In this document: positions 26,901 to 39,600 of the stretch, in pieces
Layout of the letters: every line of letters starts with the position of its first letter
Numbering within the stretch: the first letter of the stretch is position 1
Origin: Mesotaenium endlicherianum
Taxonomy: Eukaryota
Direction: 5' to 3'
Length of the DNA: 64,000 nucleotides
Assembly (NCBI GenBank): GCA_009602735.1
Contig: WELA01002483.1
Span: 41,003 to 105,002 of the forward strand
Notes under the pieces: model-generated
Told to the model about the DNA's origin: nothing
The model's database searches: none
The model's input: the letters and a program-made list of their open reading frames with translations, nothing else
Translations under genes and position numbers: made by a program

Positions 26901-27243
26901 CAGGCGTAGGCCCAAAATCGGATGGGCCACCGTTGCTCAGAACAAGAGCAAACCTAGCAGATTTAAAAGGCATGACTTACGGTGACCACCTAAACCACGC
27001 AGATCCTTGAACTTACGGTGGCAATTAGGACAAGACACGTGTAAGGGAGGAGGGTGTGTCGTATCTAGGGTTGCAATTCCTAAACGCGGGTGTGCCGTAG
27101 CCAAAACTACAGAAGCGGATGCCAATGCTAGGACCTAGGCTACTAGCGACCGGAAGCTAGATCCGGACGAGCGTGCACGTGATCTAGATTACGTATTAGC
27201 ATCTCCTAGGACTTAGCGAACGCCATCGCTAGAGGCCGCCATG
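23903..27243 (-). mobile_element. CRE-clade-like non-LTR retrotransposon (RT plus restriction-like endonuclease), decayed
   Basis: N-terminal zinc finger CPNCHRKFKDLRGLGGHRKSC (~27000). RT motifs GPSG, RLVAIAK..PIAV, QFGV, VDVANAFN, GTRQGDPL, YADD. CCHC CACG..HVLRC, then RLE HD..RVD..LD..KEKAKTLKY..FVPLALEVFG. Stop at 26536, frameshift near 26970, several 5' stops. Confidence 0.85.
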
Positions 27244-28704
27244 GCAGCCGAATCGCTACTACTTCACTATATCACTAAGGGCCAGTTTAAAGTGGCCAAA
27301 ATGAAAGCGACTTAATTGATAGAAAAGTATGAAGCTATACCTAGAAGTACATTGGCAAATTTGAGAGCGAGAAAATTGTGGTTTGTGGTCCCTAGGTGCT
27401 ACGTATTTGAGGGCCAATTTAAAGTGGCCTGATGTAGTGAAACAGATAGATAAAGTACTTGGTAAAACAGAATACTTTATCTATTCAAGATAAGGATCTT
27501 TGAACACAAGTGGTAGCTTCTTGAAAGAAATATGACTTCTTGAAAGTTAATATATTTCTGGATTTTGGCAAGTACAAGAGTGATTCTCCCCTGTCTTTCT
27601 ATGTTCTAGCTCTTGTTTATATACTTGCTACATAAGTAATTTCTAGGAAGGTGTATGTTGATGTGTTGGCACCCAACACATCCCAAAACTTGCCACCTCT
27701 TTCTAGAATAATGTACACATGTCCTTTTGACCTAAAAATGGCACATCTGACTTTTGCCACATGGAGTTCTTCTAGGTCTTTCCTCTAACTTCGAAAATGC
27801 CTTGGAAGGTTCAAAGGACATGAACCAAGTTACTAGAGTACCTATTCACACTTGACTCCACACAATACTACTCCAAATATATTTGAAAACATTAAAATAT
27901 ATGCAAACTAATATATAATAACTCAAATCACTACATCACCCCCCCGATAGAAAAAGCGACGTCTCGGCGCGTCAAGTCAGGTCTTACACATGTGGAGCAA
28001 ACTAGTCAACAGTTTCAAGTCAGATGCCACACATGTGAAGAGGACTAGTCAAAGGCGCCAAGTCAGGTGCTACACATGTAAGGTAGACTAGGCAAGGTCG
28101 TAGGTGGTGTGACCTTATTGGCTAGCCTACTCCTTAATGATAAAGAAAATTGTACAAGTTGGCCCAGAATCTGCCACGAACTCAAAAATTCATAGCGGCC
28201 ACAGAACTGCTCCAAATCTGAAAATTCGAGTGCCAGACGGACCGCGTCGGAGAACTCTACCGGGTCACCAAATTTGAGAGCATTCTCATTTCTGGAGTGT
28301 CGTTGAGAGCTGAGAGAGTAGGCACTCCTCCAAATCTGTGCAGAAACTTCTGAAAATCATAAGTCCTTCTATACTTCTCCAAATTCTGCAAACTAAGTCT
28401 CAAACTGGGCGCTGTAAGATGTTCTACCAGAGTCTTGAGTTTCAGAGCATTCCAAGTTCAGGGGAGGGCACAATGTCAGAAGGCATATTCTGCCCTAACA
28501 ATGCCAGCAGCCTGACCCCCTTCTACTTAGAGCATCATATCTCTCTCACCAGTGCTCCAAATTGAGCAAACTTGGACTCTAAATGACCGGCTACTCATGG
28601 ACTACAGCCAGGTAAATTTTCAGAATTTATTATGCAGAGACCTATCACCAGTAGCAGTTTTAGTTTTCTGTCCAGAAACTGCGAGAAGAGAAGAGTGTCT
28701 AATG

Positions 28705-31700
28705 TCAATTTTTCCTCTTTCTTGTTCTTGCAGGCTGCCTCCAAGGGGTCTTCTGCTGCTTCTTGATGGTGGCAGGCTGCCTCCCTGAAGTCTTCGGGCT
28801 TCTAGTAGAGAGACTTGGGGCTGGTCCAAGATGGGGGTTGGCGGCATGGAAGCGCTTCAACTTTCTCTGAACTTTGTCAAGGTAGTGCGCCGCCACCCAA
28901 CTATTCTCCGAATCTGGATATCCTTTCCACTTGATCAAGTATTGCTGCTGTCTCCTGAAATTTCTCATAGCCACTATGTCTTCCACTTCGTACTCCAAAT
29001 GATCATCCACTATTGTTGGGGCTGGTGGGGTTGTCACACGTCCTGGGAACTTGTTGTCGGGTTGCACATATGGCTTGAAGAGGGAAGCGTGGAATACGGG
29101 GTCGATGTGCATAGTCTGGGGAAGTTCTAGCTTGAAAGCAACGGGGTTGACTTGCTGGATAATCTTGAAGGGTCCCAAATACTTGGGAGAGAACTTGCTG
29201 CCGGCAGGCCTGTTGTTCAGGGAAATGTTCTTGGATGATAGTAACACGTTGTCACCCACTCTGTACGTAATTTCTCTTCTGGATCTGTTCGCCACTCTTG
29301 CTTGAGCATCTTGCGCGTGTTGTAGAGCTTTCTTCGCTGCTGTAAGGGCTGCTTCTAATGTCTCCATAAAATCTGTGGCTGCAGGTACTTCATCATGGCC
29401 AGCCGTGAAGCTCAGTGGCGTGGTCGGATGGAAGCCATAGTTGAGGAAGAATGGGGACTCTTGGGTAGAGGCCTGCGTAGTGTTGTTGTAGGCAAACTCG
29501 AGGGGGGTCAAGTACATGTCCCAGTCTTGCTCGAGGGTAGACACGTAGGCCTTTAGAGAGGTCTTTAGGGTACGATTCATACGCTCGGTTTGCCCATCTG
29601 ATTGTGGGTGGTAGGCAGTAGACATATCCAGCGATGTACCCAAGTTCTTGAAGAGATTTTTCCAGAAATGGCTTGTGAATCTTGGATCTCTATCTGACAC
29701 AATTCTTGATGGTAGTCCATGGAGTCGGAAGATGTTGTCAAAGATGAGTCTTGCAAGTTGTGGTGCTGTAGCCTTAGTCGTCGTGGGAATAAAATGAGCC
29801 ATCTTGGTAAGTCTGTCCACCGCCGTGAGTATTGCATTATGGCCTCGAGGTGTCACGGGCAAGTCCACGATAAGGTCCATTGAGATGTCCGTCCATTGTC
29901 TTTCGGGGATTGGTAGTGGTTGGAGGAGTCCTCCCGCCTTTTGCGATGATGGCTTGATTCTTTGGCATGTGTCACAGCTCCTGCAGTACTCCTTGACTTG
30001 CTTAGACATGCCTGGCCAACAATAAGTCCTAGCTAGAACGCCCGTGGTCCTTAGGATTCCAAAGTGTCCTCCAAGAGGGTTGTCGTGTGCTTCTCGTAGA
30101 AGCAAGAGCCGGAGGTCTAAGTCATTAGGAACACATCTCTGGCCCGTATCTTGCCTCACCCAATAATTGCCTTCTTGCTTCTTGCATGGGTCCAAGGCTG
30201 CTTCTCCGTTCTTGTAGTAAGGGTCTCTTTCATAGGCGGCTGAAAATCGAGCTTCCAGATCTGTCTTCAGGGATACCATCACTGCATTTAATTGCAGTCT
30301 TGAGAGGGGGTCAGCCGGGTTTGTCTTGCCGGGCTGGTACTGAATCGTGATGTTGTATTGTTGCAAGTATCCGCTCCATCTTGCTTGTCTCCTTGAGAGA
30401 TACGGCTGCGTTTGGAGGTGCTTTAACGCCTCGTGGTCCGTGGTGACCAGTACTTTGCGTCCTTCAACGTAGCAGCGCCAAACCTTCAAGGCATGTACAA
30501 TCGCCAATGCCTCTCGCTCCGTGGTTGTATAATTTTGCTCGGCTGGATTTAGCTTCCTTGACTCGTAGGCGATGGGCTGCAGTCCCTTGCCTTGGTCTTG
30601 AAGCAGGATTGCTCCTATTGCATAGGAAGATGCATCGGTGATGACGTGGAAGGGCCAATCTGGGTTTGGACTTGGGAGTGTGAGCACCGGGGATGTGGTC
30701 AATCTTCGCTTTAACTCTTGAAATGCCTCTTCCTCTTTCTCGGTCCATGTATATAGCCTGTCCTTCTTGAGTAGATCTGTCAGGGGGGCTGCTATGTGCG
30801 AGAAGCCTTGGATGAATTTTCTGTACCAATTGGCAAATCCCAAGAATGACTGGAGTTCTTTCTTGGTCGTGGGGGTTGGCCATTCCTCCACCACCGTGGT
30901 CTTCTTGGGGTCCATCTTGATGCCATCAGCAGTCACGTGGAGACCTAGGAACTCCACTTCTTGTTTGGCAAACTCGCACTTTGACTCCTTCGCAAATAGC
31001 TTGTTTTGCTTCAATACTTCAAGGACTTCTTTCAAGTGTCTCGCATGCTCTTCAAGGGTCTTGCTGTAGATAAGGATGTCATCGATGAATACCACCACAA
31101 ATCTGTCCAACATGGGCTGAAATATGGTGTTCATCATAGTCATGAAAGTTGCTGGCGCGTTGGTGAGTCCAAATGGCAGGACCATGAACTCAAAATGTCC
31201 ATATCTTGTCCTGAATGCCGTCTTCTCTATGTCCGGTTCTGCGATGCGAATCTGGTGGTAGCCGCTCCGTAAGTCAATCTTCGTGAAGTACTTGGCTCCA
31301 ACCAGCCGGTCCATGAGCTCATCCATGCGCGGCAGCGGGTATCGATTCTTGATGGTGATCTTGTTGAGGGCGCGATAGTCCACACACATCCTCAAGGTAC
31401 CATCTTTCTTCTTGACAAATAGCACCGGGGCTCCAAATGGCGACTTGCTAGGTCGAATGAAGCCATGCTCCAGTAGCTCCTTGATTTGCTTCTTGACTTC
31501 GTCTAGCTCCGTGTATGACATTTTGAACGTAGGCCGAGAGATGGGCTTGCTTCCGGGCTCCAACTCTATCTTGTGGTCTACGAATCTTTTGGGGGGTAGG
31601 CCCTTGGGCAATTCCGGGGAGAACACTTCTTTGTAGTCCTCTAAGACTTCTTGTATCTCCTTGGGAACGGGGCTGCCTTCTTGACTCTCGATGTCTTTCT

Positions 31701-32313
31701 TGATGTCTTTTGGCGTGATCAAGGCCAAAAGAAGCTCGTGTCCCTTCCTCACAAGTCTCTTGAGTTGGAGGGCGGACAATAGTATCTCGTGTGCCGGCTT
31801 CTGGATGTCTTGGGTCTGGATATTCTGGATTGCGCGCAAAATACAGATTCTTGAAGTGATGTCATTCTTGATCTTGATAGTACCGGTCCTCCAATCAACT
31901 TGGGGGTTGTGCTTGGTCAACCAAGGCGTCCCTAGGATGACGTCGTACTTGCCCAATTGCATGGGGGAGAACACTACTCTATCCTTGAAGGACTTGATAG
32001 AGAGTGCCAAGGGGTACGTCTTCTTGGAAGGGGTAGTATAGGAGAATCCATCGGGCATCATAATCTCCTCGTCGTGGTCAAGAGTTCGCATAGTAATACC
32101 GTGCTTGGTGGCAAAATCTGCAGCAATGAAGTTGCCTTGAGCTCCGCTATCCACCAAGATGTGGACCTTCTCTCCTCCAAGGTAACCTCTCAAACTCATT
32201 GGGGCTGGAACGTCGTCTTCAACGGGGGTCTCCACCTCACTTGGCGTGTTGCCTTCTCGTGAAGTGGGTCTTGGGGTGGTAGGCTCCTGGCCTACCGGCG
32301 CTGTCCGTTTTTT
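28705..32313 (-). CDS. pol: Element D pol (protease-RT-RNase H-integrase-chromodomain)
   Basis: LVDSGA, FIDD, TDAS, HHCC, DD35E core, [19 protein letters not shown]; uninterrupted. Confidence 0.95.
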   Translation of the reverse strand, partial: KKRTAPVGQEPTTPRPTSREGNTPSEVETPVEDDVPAPMSLRGYLGGEKVHILVDSGAQGNFIAADFATKHGITMRTLDHDEEIMMPDGFSYTTPSKKTYPLALSIKSFKDRVVFSPMQLGKYDVILGTPWLTKHNPQVDWRTGTIKIKNDITSRICILRAIQNIQTQDIQKPAHEILLSALQLKRLVRKGHELLLALITPKDIKKDIESQEGSPVPKEIQEVLEDYKEVFSPELPKGLPPKRFVDHKIELEPGSKPISRPTFKMSYTELDEVKKQIKELLEHGFIRPSKSPFGAPVLFVKKKDGTLRMCVDYRALNKITIKNRYPLPRMDELMDRLVGAKYFTKIDLRSGYHQIRIAEPDIEKTAFRTRYGHFEFMVLPFGLTNAPATFMTMMNTIFQPMLDRFVVVFIDDILIYSKTLEEHARHLKEVLEVLKQNKLFAKESKCEFAKQEVEFLGLHVTADGIKMDPKKTTVVEEWPTPTTKKELQSFLGFANWYRKFIQGFSHIAAPLTDLLKKDRLYTWTEKEEEAFQELKRRLTTSPVLTLPSPNPDWPFHVITDASSYAIGAILLQDQGKGLQPIAYESRKLNPAEQNYTTTEREALAIVHALKVWRCYVEGRKVLVTTDHEALKHLQTQPYLSRRQARWSGYLQQYNITIQYQPGKTNPADPLSRLQLNAVMVSLKTDLEARFSAAYERDPYYKNGEAALDPCKKQEGNYWVRQDTGQRCVPNDLDLRLLLLREAHDNPLGGHFGILRTTGVLARTYCWPGMSKQVKEYCRSCDTCQRIKPSSQKAGGLLQPLPIPERQWTDISMDLIVDLPVTPRGHNAILTAVDRLTKMAHFIPTTTKATAPQLARLIFDNIFRLHGLPSRIVSDRDPRFTSHFWKNLFKNLGTSLDMSTAYHPQSDGQTERMNRTLKTSLKAYVSTLEQDWDMYLTPLEFAYNNTTQASTQESPFFLNYGFHPTTPLSFTAGHDEVPAATDFMETLEAALTAAKKALQHAQDAQARVANRSRREITYRVGDNVLLSSKNISLNNRPAGSKFSPKYLGPFKIIQQVNPVAFKLELPQTMHIDPVFHASLFKPYVQPDNKFPGRVTTPPAPTIVDDHLEYEVEDIVAMRNFRRQQQYLIKWKGYPDSENSWVAAHYLDKVQRKLKRFHAANPHLGPAPSLSTRSPKTSGRQPATIKKQQKTPWRQPARTRKRKN

Positions 32314-33572
32314 GACAACTTTTTGGGGCATGAAAGTGCACGATGGCCCTTTTCCTTGCAATAAAAGCATAGTCCAGCCGTCATGAGAGCTTCTTTTTCA
32401 GCCGGGGAGAGTCTTGCTTTCACTCCTTGCTGGTTTCTTGCATCATAAGTGTCATTGGAGGGTCTTCCACTCTTCCGGGCAGCCGCGGGGTCCCTTTTAA
32501 TAACTCCGATTTCCATGGGTGTGGGTCCAGATTCGGATGTGGAAGGGGCTGCGTACACCCGCGTCGTCGGTACCCGTGAAGATGAAGGCACGGAGTGCTT
32601 GAAATCCAAGGTATCCACCTTTTGGGCCACTTCAATGATCTTTGAGAAGTCCGTCAAGTCGCGTAACTCCACTTCCTTTGCCACCTTGGGTTTGAGGCCA
32701 AAGATGTAGCGGTCAATCTTCTCCTCGAGAGACATGTTGGGGATCTCAAGAGTGAGGGCGTGAAATCTGGATGTATACTCTTGAACGGACGTCGTTTGCT
32801 TGAGATGGTGGAGCTTTCCTCGGGCAATCTTCTCCGCATTGATGGGCATGAATTGCTTCTTGAGGGCCTCACGAAAATCTGCCCATCTTGCATATGATGG
32901 TGGGGGCTCTTGGCCGAGCATGGGGTGCGCCATAGCTTGATATATAGCCGCTTGATAGTTACGCCACCATGATGTTGCTGCTCCTCTAAGTAAGGTAACG
33001 GCAAAGGGAACGTAGTCCTCCTCGGGTACTTCAAGGAATGCGAGGTACGTCTCCACTTGGTAGAGCCATAAATTCAGGTTGGCACCTTTCCCGGGGTTGA
33101 AAGTGTCGGGTTTGCCGGGCTTGATGAGTTTCCTTGCTCTCGTTGGCTCTTGTGGAGGCGCTTGAGCCGGGGCTGGATTTTGAGCATTGCTCGCAATAGG
33201 GGCAACCATGGCAGCCATAGCTTCTCTTGACGCTTGCACGGTTGCTTCATAGGTGGCCAAGCCCACTTGGTTGTGGACGGTCATTAGGAAGGCTGCCCAC
33301 TCATTTGCGGGAACTCCTTGTGGTGGGGTCAACTTTGCTATAGCGGCTGCCACGGGATTTGACGGTGCTCCTCCTTGTGGTGCTTCTTGTTGTTGGAGAT
33401 TTCCTTGAGTAGGCTCTCCCATCGACGCTGGAGGAGGGTGTGCTCCTCCTTGTGGTGCTTCTTGTTGTTGCAGATTTTCTTGAGTGGGCTCTCCCATCGG
33501 CGCTGGAGGAGGGTGTCTTGGAGAGGAAGGGCTTCCTTCGAAAGCTTGCTGTTGGTCTTGAGGATCGGCCAT
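32292..33572 (-). CDS. gag: Element D gag
   Basis: [45 protein letters not shown]; 75-bp internal tandem duplication near the N-terminus. Confidence 0.93.
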   Translation of the reverse strand: MADPQDQQQAFEGSPSSPRHPPPAPMGEPTQENLQQQEAPQGGAHPPPASMGEPTQGNLQQQEAPQGGAPSNPVAAAIAKLTPPQGVPANEWAAFLMTVHNQVGLATYEATVQASREAMAAMVAPIASNAQNPAPAQAPPQEPTRARKLIKPGKPDTFNPGKGANLNLWLYQVETYLAFLEVPEEDYVPFAVTLLRGAATSWWRNYQAAIYQAMAHPMLGQEPPPSYARWADFREALKKQFMPINAEKIARGKLHHLKQTTSVQEYTSRFHALTLEIPNMSLEEKIDRYIFGLKPKVAKEVELRDLTDFSKIIEVAQKVDTLDFKHSVPSSSRVPTTRVYAAPSTSESGPTPMEIGVIKRDPAAARKSGRPSNDTYDARNQQGVKARLSPAEKEALMTAGLCFYCKEKGHRALSCPKKLSKNGQRR

Positions 33573-35204
33573 CTTCTTGTGCTACCAAAGTGCCTAGCTC
33601 CGATACCACTGTAGTGAAACAGATAGATAAAGTACTTAGTAAAACAGAATACTTTATCTATTCAAGACAAGGATCTTTGAACACAAGTGGTAGCTTCTTG
33701 AAAGAGAGATGGCTTCTTGAAAGTTAATATATTTCTGGATTTTGGCAAGTACAAGAGTGATTCTGGAATGTCTTTCTATGTTCTAGCTCTTGTTTATATA
33801 CTTGCTACATAAGTAATTTCTAGGAAGGTGTATGTTGATGTGTTGGCACCCAACACATCCCAAAACTTGCCACCTCTTTCTAGAATAATGTACACATGTC
33901 CTTTTGACCTAAAAATGGCACATCTGACTTTTGCCACATGGAGTTCTTCTAGGTCTTTCCTCTAACTTCGAAAATGCCTTGGAAGGTTCAAAGGACATGA
34001 ACCAAGTTACTAGAGTACCTATTCACACTTGACTCCACACAATACTACTCCAAATATATTTGAAAACATTAAAATATATGCATACTAATATATAATAACT
34101 CAAATCACTACACCTGATACAATAAAACTGATAAGTGCCGATTGCAAGAATGGAATTTACTTGATTGTATGCGACTAAGTTTGATTCATTCAAAATTTAG
34201 CTTGAACAAAATTGAATAGAAAAAGCTAGTTTACAGTGGATCAGGATGCTTTACAATGAAATAATCCAACCATGTTGATGCTGACAACAAATGACGTAAT
34301 TTTTGGCACTTTGTGACATGAGGGCACAAAAAGACAACACGTTCGAGCACGTTCGAGGGTTAAAACGCACTCGATGAGTTCATGTATGCTCGAAAGCAAA
34401 CTTGAAAATTTTAAATTGATATATTGAACCTCGATCTTCAACTTAATTTTTCAACATTCCAATCAAATACCTCGCGCTCGAAACCCACTCTAAAGCACCC
34501 TCTTTTCGCCTTCAATCGGCCAATGTGCTTCAAGGTACAGTATTATGGATTTCAGTCAATCAATTGAGTCTTGATTTGCTCATTGTAAACTAGGATTGAG
34601 TCAAGTTGGTAAAGAAGTTGATTTAACTTCAAGGTTTCAATCAATGTAGCTGGACTTTTCAAGTCTGCTCTCGAGCAGACTTTCAATCTTGGAATGTATT
34701 TGAGCCCTCATATGACACCTTCTTGTCGACCACTCCGTAGACAAGGACTGTCGATATTAGGTCAGGAATGCAAATATCACCCTACCATGCTGTACCCATT
34801 GTGTACTTCAAACGATCTTCGATGTAAATACGCCTTCTTAGGTCTGATTGAAATCAAAAATCCACGGAGAGGATGTGCGGCACTGTATGGCGAGTACGGA
34901 CCACTTTCTTCTATCAACTAAATGCGTGTGCATTGTGAACCAAATTTTGTATCCCTGTGTGCACATGTACTTTAATTTTTTCTTTGTCGCTTCGATTGAG
35001 TGAATTTTGAATATGTCGTGCGGTAGGAAGTCGGGTGCGTACTTCCGACATAAGCAATGCATAATAAGCAAGCAGGCTTTGGTGCAATGAAGTCTATAAT
35101 ACATGTGGCTTTATAGCCAGAAAGATAGTTAAGCGTCAAATGTTTTTATTCCCCCCCCAGCTCTCAGCTGCCAGCTGATGGGCTGTGATCGCTGCCTAAG
35201 GCTA

Positions 35205-35350
35205 AAGCTGTACAGTCATTACAAAGCCAGTCTCCAGCTGGCACCCGGGCCAGCGGCGGGTCAAGAAAGCCGATGTGGAAGCCGAGGTTGCAACTGTCGT
35301 AGAGCAGCATCCTGGCTTCCTGGCCGGGGCTGTGGCAGATCTGGCACGCC
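35205..35350 (-). pseudogene. PHD finger at the integrase C-terminus (two Cys lost)
   Basis: CQICHSPGQEARMLLYDSCNLGFHIGFLDPPLARVPAGDWLCNDC. Confidence 0.85.
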
Positions 35351-38300
35351 CAGTCCTTGGGCGACCTCGCATCGCGGGGATGAACCTGCATGTCAAGGTT
35401 AGGAAGGTGGCATGGTCCACAATTCTTCGTGTGGTCCTTGTGAAGACGGCCCTCTGCACCTTCCAGCTCCAGAACTCCTGACGCCAAGACACGCCTGACG
35501 CGCAGGATGGCGGGCGAGCTGCTGGTGTCGAGGGTGTTCTTCGTCTGGCTTCACAGGTACACAAAGTCACCTGCAGAAAAATGCAATACCCGCGGACGGT
35601 AGGCTCCTCCACGAGTCATGGCATACCTCAGTGTGTCGCGGTGCTGAGCAAGACTGAGGTTGTCCATGGCCATGGGCATCAGGCGCTGAAAGAGCTGTGC
35701 TCGCTGCCTGATAAGAGCGCTCCACGTCTCGGGACTCTCCAAGTCCAAGACGTTCTCGGCCATGGTCCTGGCTGCTGCAGGCAGGACTGGCTGTCGGCCG
35801 TAGAGAAGGAAGTAGGGAATGCGAGGCCAAGGAGGCCTGCCTACTGAACCTGTACCCCAAAGCCAACCATGGGAGGTCGTCGTCCCAGTGGGTGCTGTCG
35901 TGGGCCAGGCAGTACTTCCGCAGCCCAAGCTTGACGGTCTGCACCATGCGCTCTGCAAGATCGTCAGCCTGGGAATGATCACAGGATGTGGTGCGGTGGA
36001 TGATCATCGAGCGCTCCAGCAGCTTTTGAAAGCTGCCCTGGAACTTCTTGCCTTGGGCGGTTAGGACCTCAGCGCAGCCGCCAAAGTGGCTAAGAACTTG
36101 GTCGAGGAAAGCTTGGGCAATCCCCTCACTGGCCTTGCTGGGCAAAGGCACAAGCTCGATCCACTTGGACATGTGCTCAATCATCACCAAGACGTAAAGA
36201 TTGCCTCGGCGAGACTTGGGCAGCTCTCCAGCCAAATCGAGCGACCACCTGTAGAACAACCCCTGAATAAGAAGAGGGCTGAGAGCAACGATGCGGGCTG
36301 TGAAGCTCGAGCGCACCCGGTCGCAAAGAAGGCAGCTGTTGACAACGTCGGCGACGACCTTAGTCATGCCGTGCCATCACTATACGGCTTGGAGGAGGCT
36401 GAGAGTGCGCTTAATACCAAAGTGTCCAAGTGTCTCGTGCACACGCCGTACCAGCTGGCTGCGTATAGCAGGCTCAGGAACCACCAGGGCGGAGCTGTCC
36501 GCCATCACTCGTCGCATGCGCCCCTCCACGAAGACAAAATCCCGGCTGCGCTTTAGGATGCGATTGCGCTTGCGCGCACTGATGCCTGGGGCCAACTCCT
36601 TGGCCGTGACGTATTGTAGTACTGGAGCGTGGTCCCATACGTCCTCAGGCCCGCGCTGCCAACTACCTGCTCCTCAGCTGCTGCCAGCGCCAGTCGCCGA
36701 GTGGTGCCAGCGCCAGTCGCCGAGTGGTGACGGTCACCATGTCTAGGCTAGTGAGCCCGGCGGGCTGCACGTCGCCGTCCACGGTGAAGGCCAGGAACGC
36801 CGCTGCGTGCCAAACCACTGGCTCATCCTCATCGTGGCGGGCCACCGTGAGGTCCCTCGAGGAGGACAAGGGGTTGCGGCTGAGGCCGTTGGCGTCCAGG
36901 TTCGTGGATCCTGGACGATGATGCACGTCGAAGGTGAACACCTGTAAGATGAGCGCCCACCGTGCGTACTTGCCTGTCGGGCGCTCCGACGTCATGAGCC
37001 ACTTGAGTGGTTAATGGTCAGTGACCAAGCAGAAGTGGGTGCCGTAGAGATAGTGCCTGAAGTGCACAATTGCCCACACAGCTGCCAAGCACTCCCCCTC
37101 ATAAGAGCCGTAGTTGCCCTCAGAACGGTTGTTGCTGCGGCTGGCGTACGTCACCACATGCTCAAAGACGTCATGCTCCTGCACCAACACTGCTCCAAGC
37201 CCCGCCTGCGACCAGTCGGTGTGGAGGAGAAGGGCTTCTGATAGTCAGGCCGCCGTAGTATTGGGGCGCTCACCAACAGCTCCTTGAGCTTGTCAAACGC
37301 CGCCTGCTGCTCTGGTCCCCATACGTAGGCAACGCCCTTGCGTAGCAAGTCGTTGAGCGGCTTGGCTAGCTCGCAGAACCCAGGCACAAAGCGGCAATAG
37401 TAGTTGGCGATGCAAAGGAAGGCCCTCAGCTGTGAAAGGTCGGTCGGCGGCGGGATGCCAGTGATGGCTAAGATCTTGGCCAGTTGAGGGGCCAGGCTAC
37501 TGGAAGACAGGAGATGCCCAAGGTACTCCACCTCTCGGGTCCCAAAGGTGCACTTGCCTGGATGGCACTTGAGCCCAACGGCCTCCAAGCGGTCCAAGAG
37601 CGCAGTGATGTGCGCCACGTGCTCCTCAAACGTCTCACTGAAGACGAGCACGTCATTGATGTAGCACCAGGCAAAGAAGAGCCCTGCCAACTCCTTATCC
37701 ATGACCCGCTGGAAGGTGGCAGGTGCGTTCTTCAAGCCAAAGGGCATAATCCTCCACTTGTAGAGACGCTACAACCACCAAAAAGCCGTGTTGTGCTGCT
37801 CCTCCTCCGCGATGGGTATCTGGTTGAAGCCCTGCCTCAAGTCCAGCATCGAGAACCAAGAACAAGCCCCAATGTCGTCAAAGATCTCGTCAAGTGCCGG
37901 CATAGGATATTTGTCCTGCTCAGTGACCTCGTTCAGCTTACGATAGTCACCGCACATTCTCTTCTCAGACCAATTGCCTGAGGCGTCCTTCTTAGTTGGC
38001 ATGACTATGGGCGCAGCGTAGGTGGAGGCAGACTCACGAATGAGCTGACACTCCTCTAGCTTGCCTGTCTGCGTGCTAATCAGGTCGTCCTCAAATTGAC
38101 TGTAGCGATAGCGCTTCTGGAAGGTGGGTACGTTTGTCTGGAGGGGGATCCTCATGGGGTTGCCTGAGTAGCGCCCAAGATTGTGCATGCCGCTAGCAAA
38201 GCTGGCACTGCGGCGTGCATCCAGCAATGCCGTCAGCTGAGCAGCCTGTGCCTTAATGAGAGTCCCCCCAGCTTCCAAGTAGGGGCAGCTGGTGGTGGCT

Positions 38301-38715
38301 CCTGCGCTGCAGCTGGCGCCTCCTGCCCTGCTGCTGGCGTGATTTGTGGGACTGCAAGCGTCACCTGCCCTGCAGCGGGGTGCGCTCGGCCTGCCTCGGG
38401 TGCCTCCTCCTCAGCAACGGCTGCCAGCTGCCCTGCACGACCTGTCGAAGGCTGAGAGCATGGAAAAAGAAATGGGGAGCAAAACTCCCTGCGTCGCTGT
38501 GAGGGCTCCTGTCCCCTCTTGCCCCCTCCCAGCAAACAAGAACCAAGACCAGGACGCGGCGCAGACGGCTGCCGAGAAGTAGGACCCGCACGCTGGGAAT
38601 GCCAGGTCGTACCAGGCGGGGCGCTGAGGTCGTCGGAATCACGGTCCACGGCGTCGTAGGACTGGTCCATTTCAGGATGACGAGCCTGGGCGTAGAGGGG
38701 AGTCAGGGCTTGCGC

Positions 38716-39600
38716 CTATAATAGGATCCACGTCAAAACGTTGGCGTCAATAGCCTGGCCAAGGTGACGCACGCGGTTGACCTCAGTGATGCCGTCCACC
38801 TGTGTGAGGTGCGGAGGGAAGCCCATCGCCCGCTCCATCTTCACGATCATGCCGAGCTGGTCCCCCACGTAGGCCGCGCTGTTGTAGCGACTCACGAATG
38901 TAGGAAGCGCCCTTGTGATGTCATGGATTACCGCACACTGGGCCGAGAAGGATGCGGAAGGGCGACCACTTGCGGGGCCAGGCGCGCGACGTCGAGGATG
39001 GAGGCAACGCTGCGCGTGTGGCATGGATGTGCGGTCGACAACGCCTCTAGCGTGCCGGGCATGGGCAGGTTGGTGAAGTAAGCACGCACGCGGTGCGCGA
39101 AGGAACCAATCTGGGCAGCATCGATGACGGCCTCACGTCCGACGTAGCTGGTGCAGAGGGCAAATTTGGCGCTAACGTTGGGCCAAAAATTGTGGCGTAC
39201 AGCCACGTTCTCTAACACCCAGGCGAGCGTGTGAGGCGGCAGATGCCAAAACAGGGCCGTACGCGGGTCAGCGAGCGCGCCTCCTTGTCCCGCAATGGAG
39301 AAGCCCTGGCACTCCTAGCCAGCGATGATGAGGTCGATGGACCCCAGGCGTGTGATGTGCTCGGCGGTGATGTCACGGATGTCCATGGGCCAGTCCATCT
39401 GGGCGCGGTAGAAGGCGTGCTCAGGGAAGAGGTCCAAGAAACGCTCGTGGCACAAGGCCATCTTCCTGCGGGCCACCTGCTGCGCCTCGCCATCAGGGTC
39501 CACATAGACGTACCAACGTACTGGGATGCCAGCCTAAAGGGTGGCCAGCAGCCCTGTCGCAATGCCGGCAAAGAGCTCGACAAATACAATGCCGCCGGGA
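38716..39600 (-). pseudogene. C5 cytosine DNA methyltransferase domain within pol
   Basis: Motif I VELFAGIATG, YVD, DIRDI, motif IV IDLIIAG*ECQGFS, motif VI VLENV, motif VIII AHRVRAYFTN, motif IX MERAMGFP, motif X LGQAIDANV. Confidence 0.88.

Larger units (their letters stand above)
27433..34112 (-). mobile_element. Intact Ty3/Gypsy chromovirus (element D)
   Basis: 503-bp LTRs TG..CA at 27433-27935 and 33610-34112; TSD cctga on both sides; PBS TGGTATCGGAGC (tRNA-iMet type); G-rich PPT; open gag and pol. Confidence 0.97.

Noticed and set aside
34118..35150. Possible 3' LTR of the DNMT element or 5' end of the CRE element
   Set aside because: It follows the PPT but shows no clear TG..CA ends, and there is no second copy here to define boundaries.
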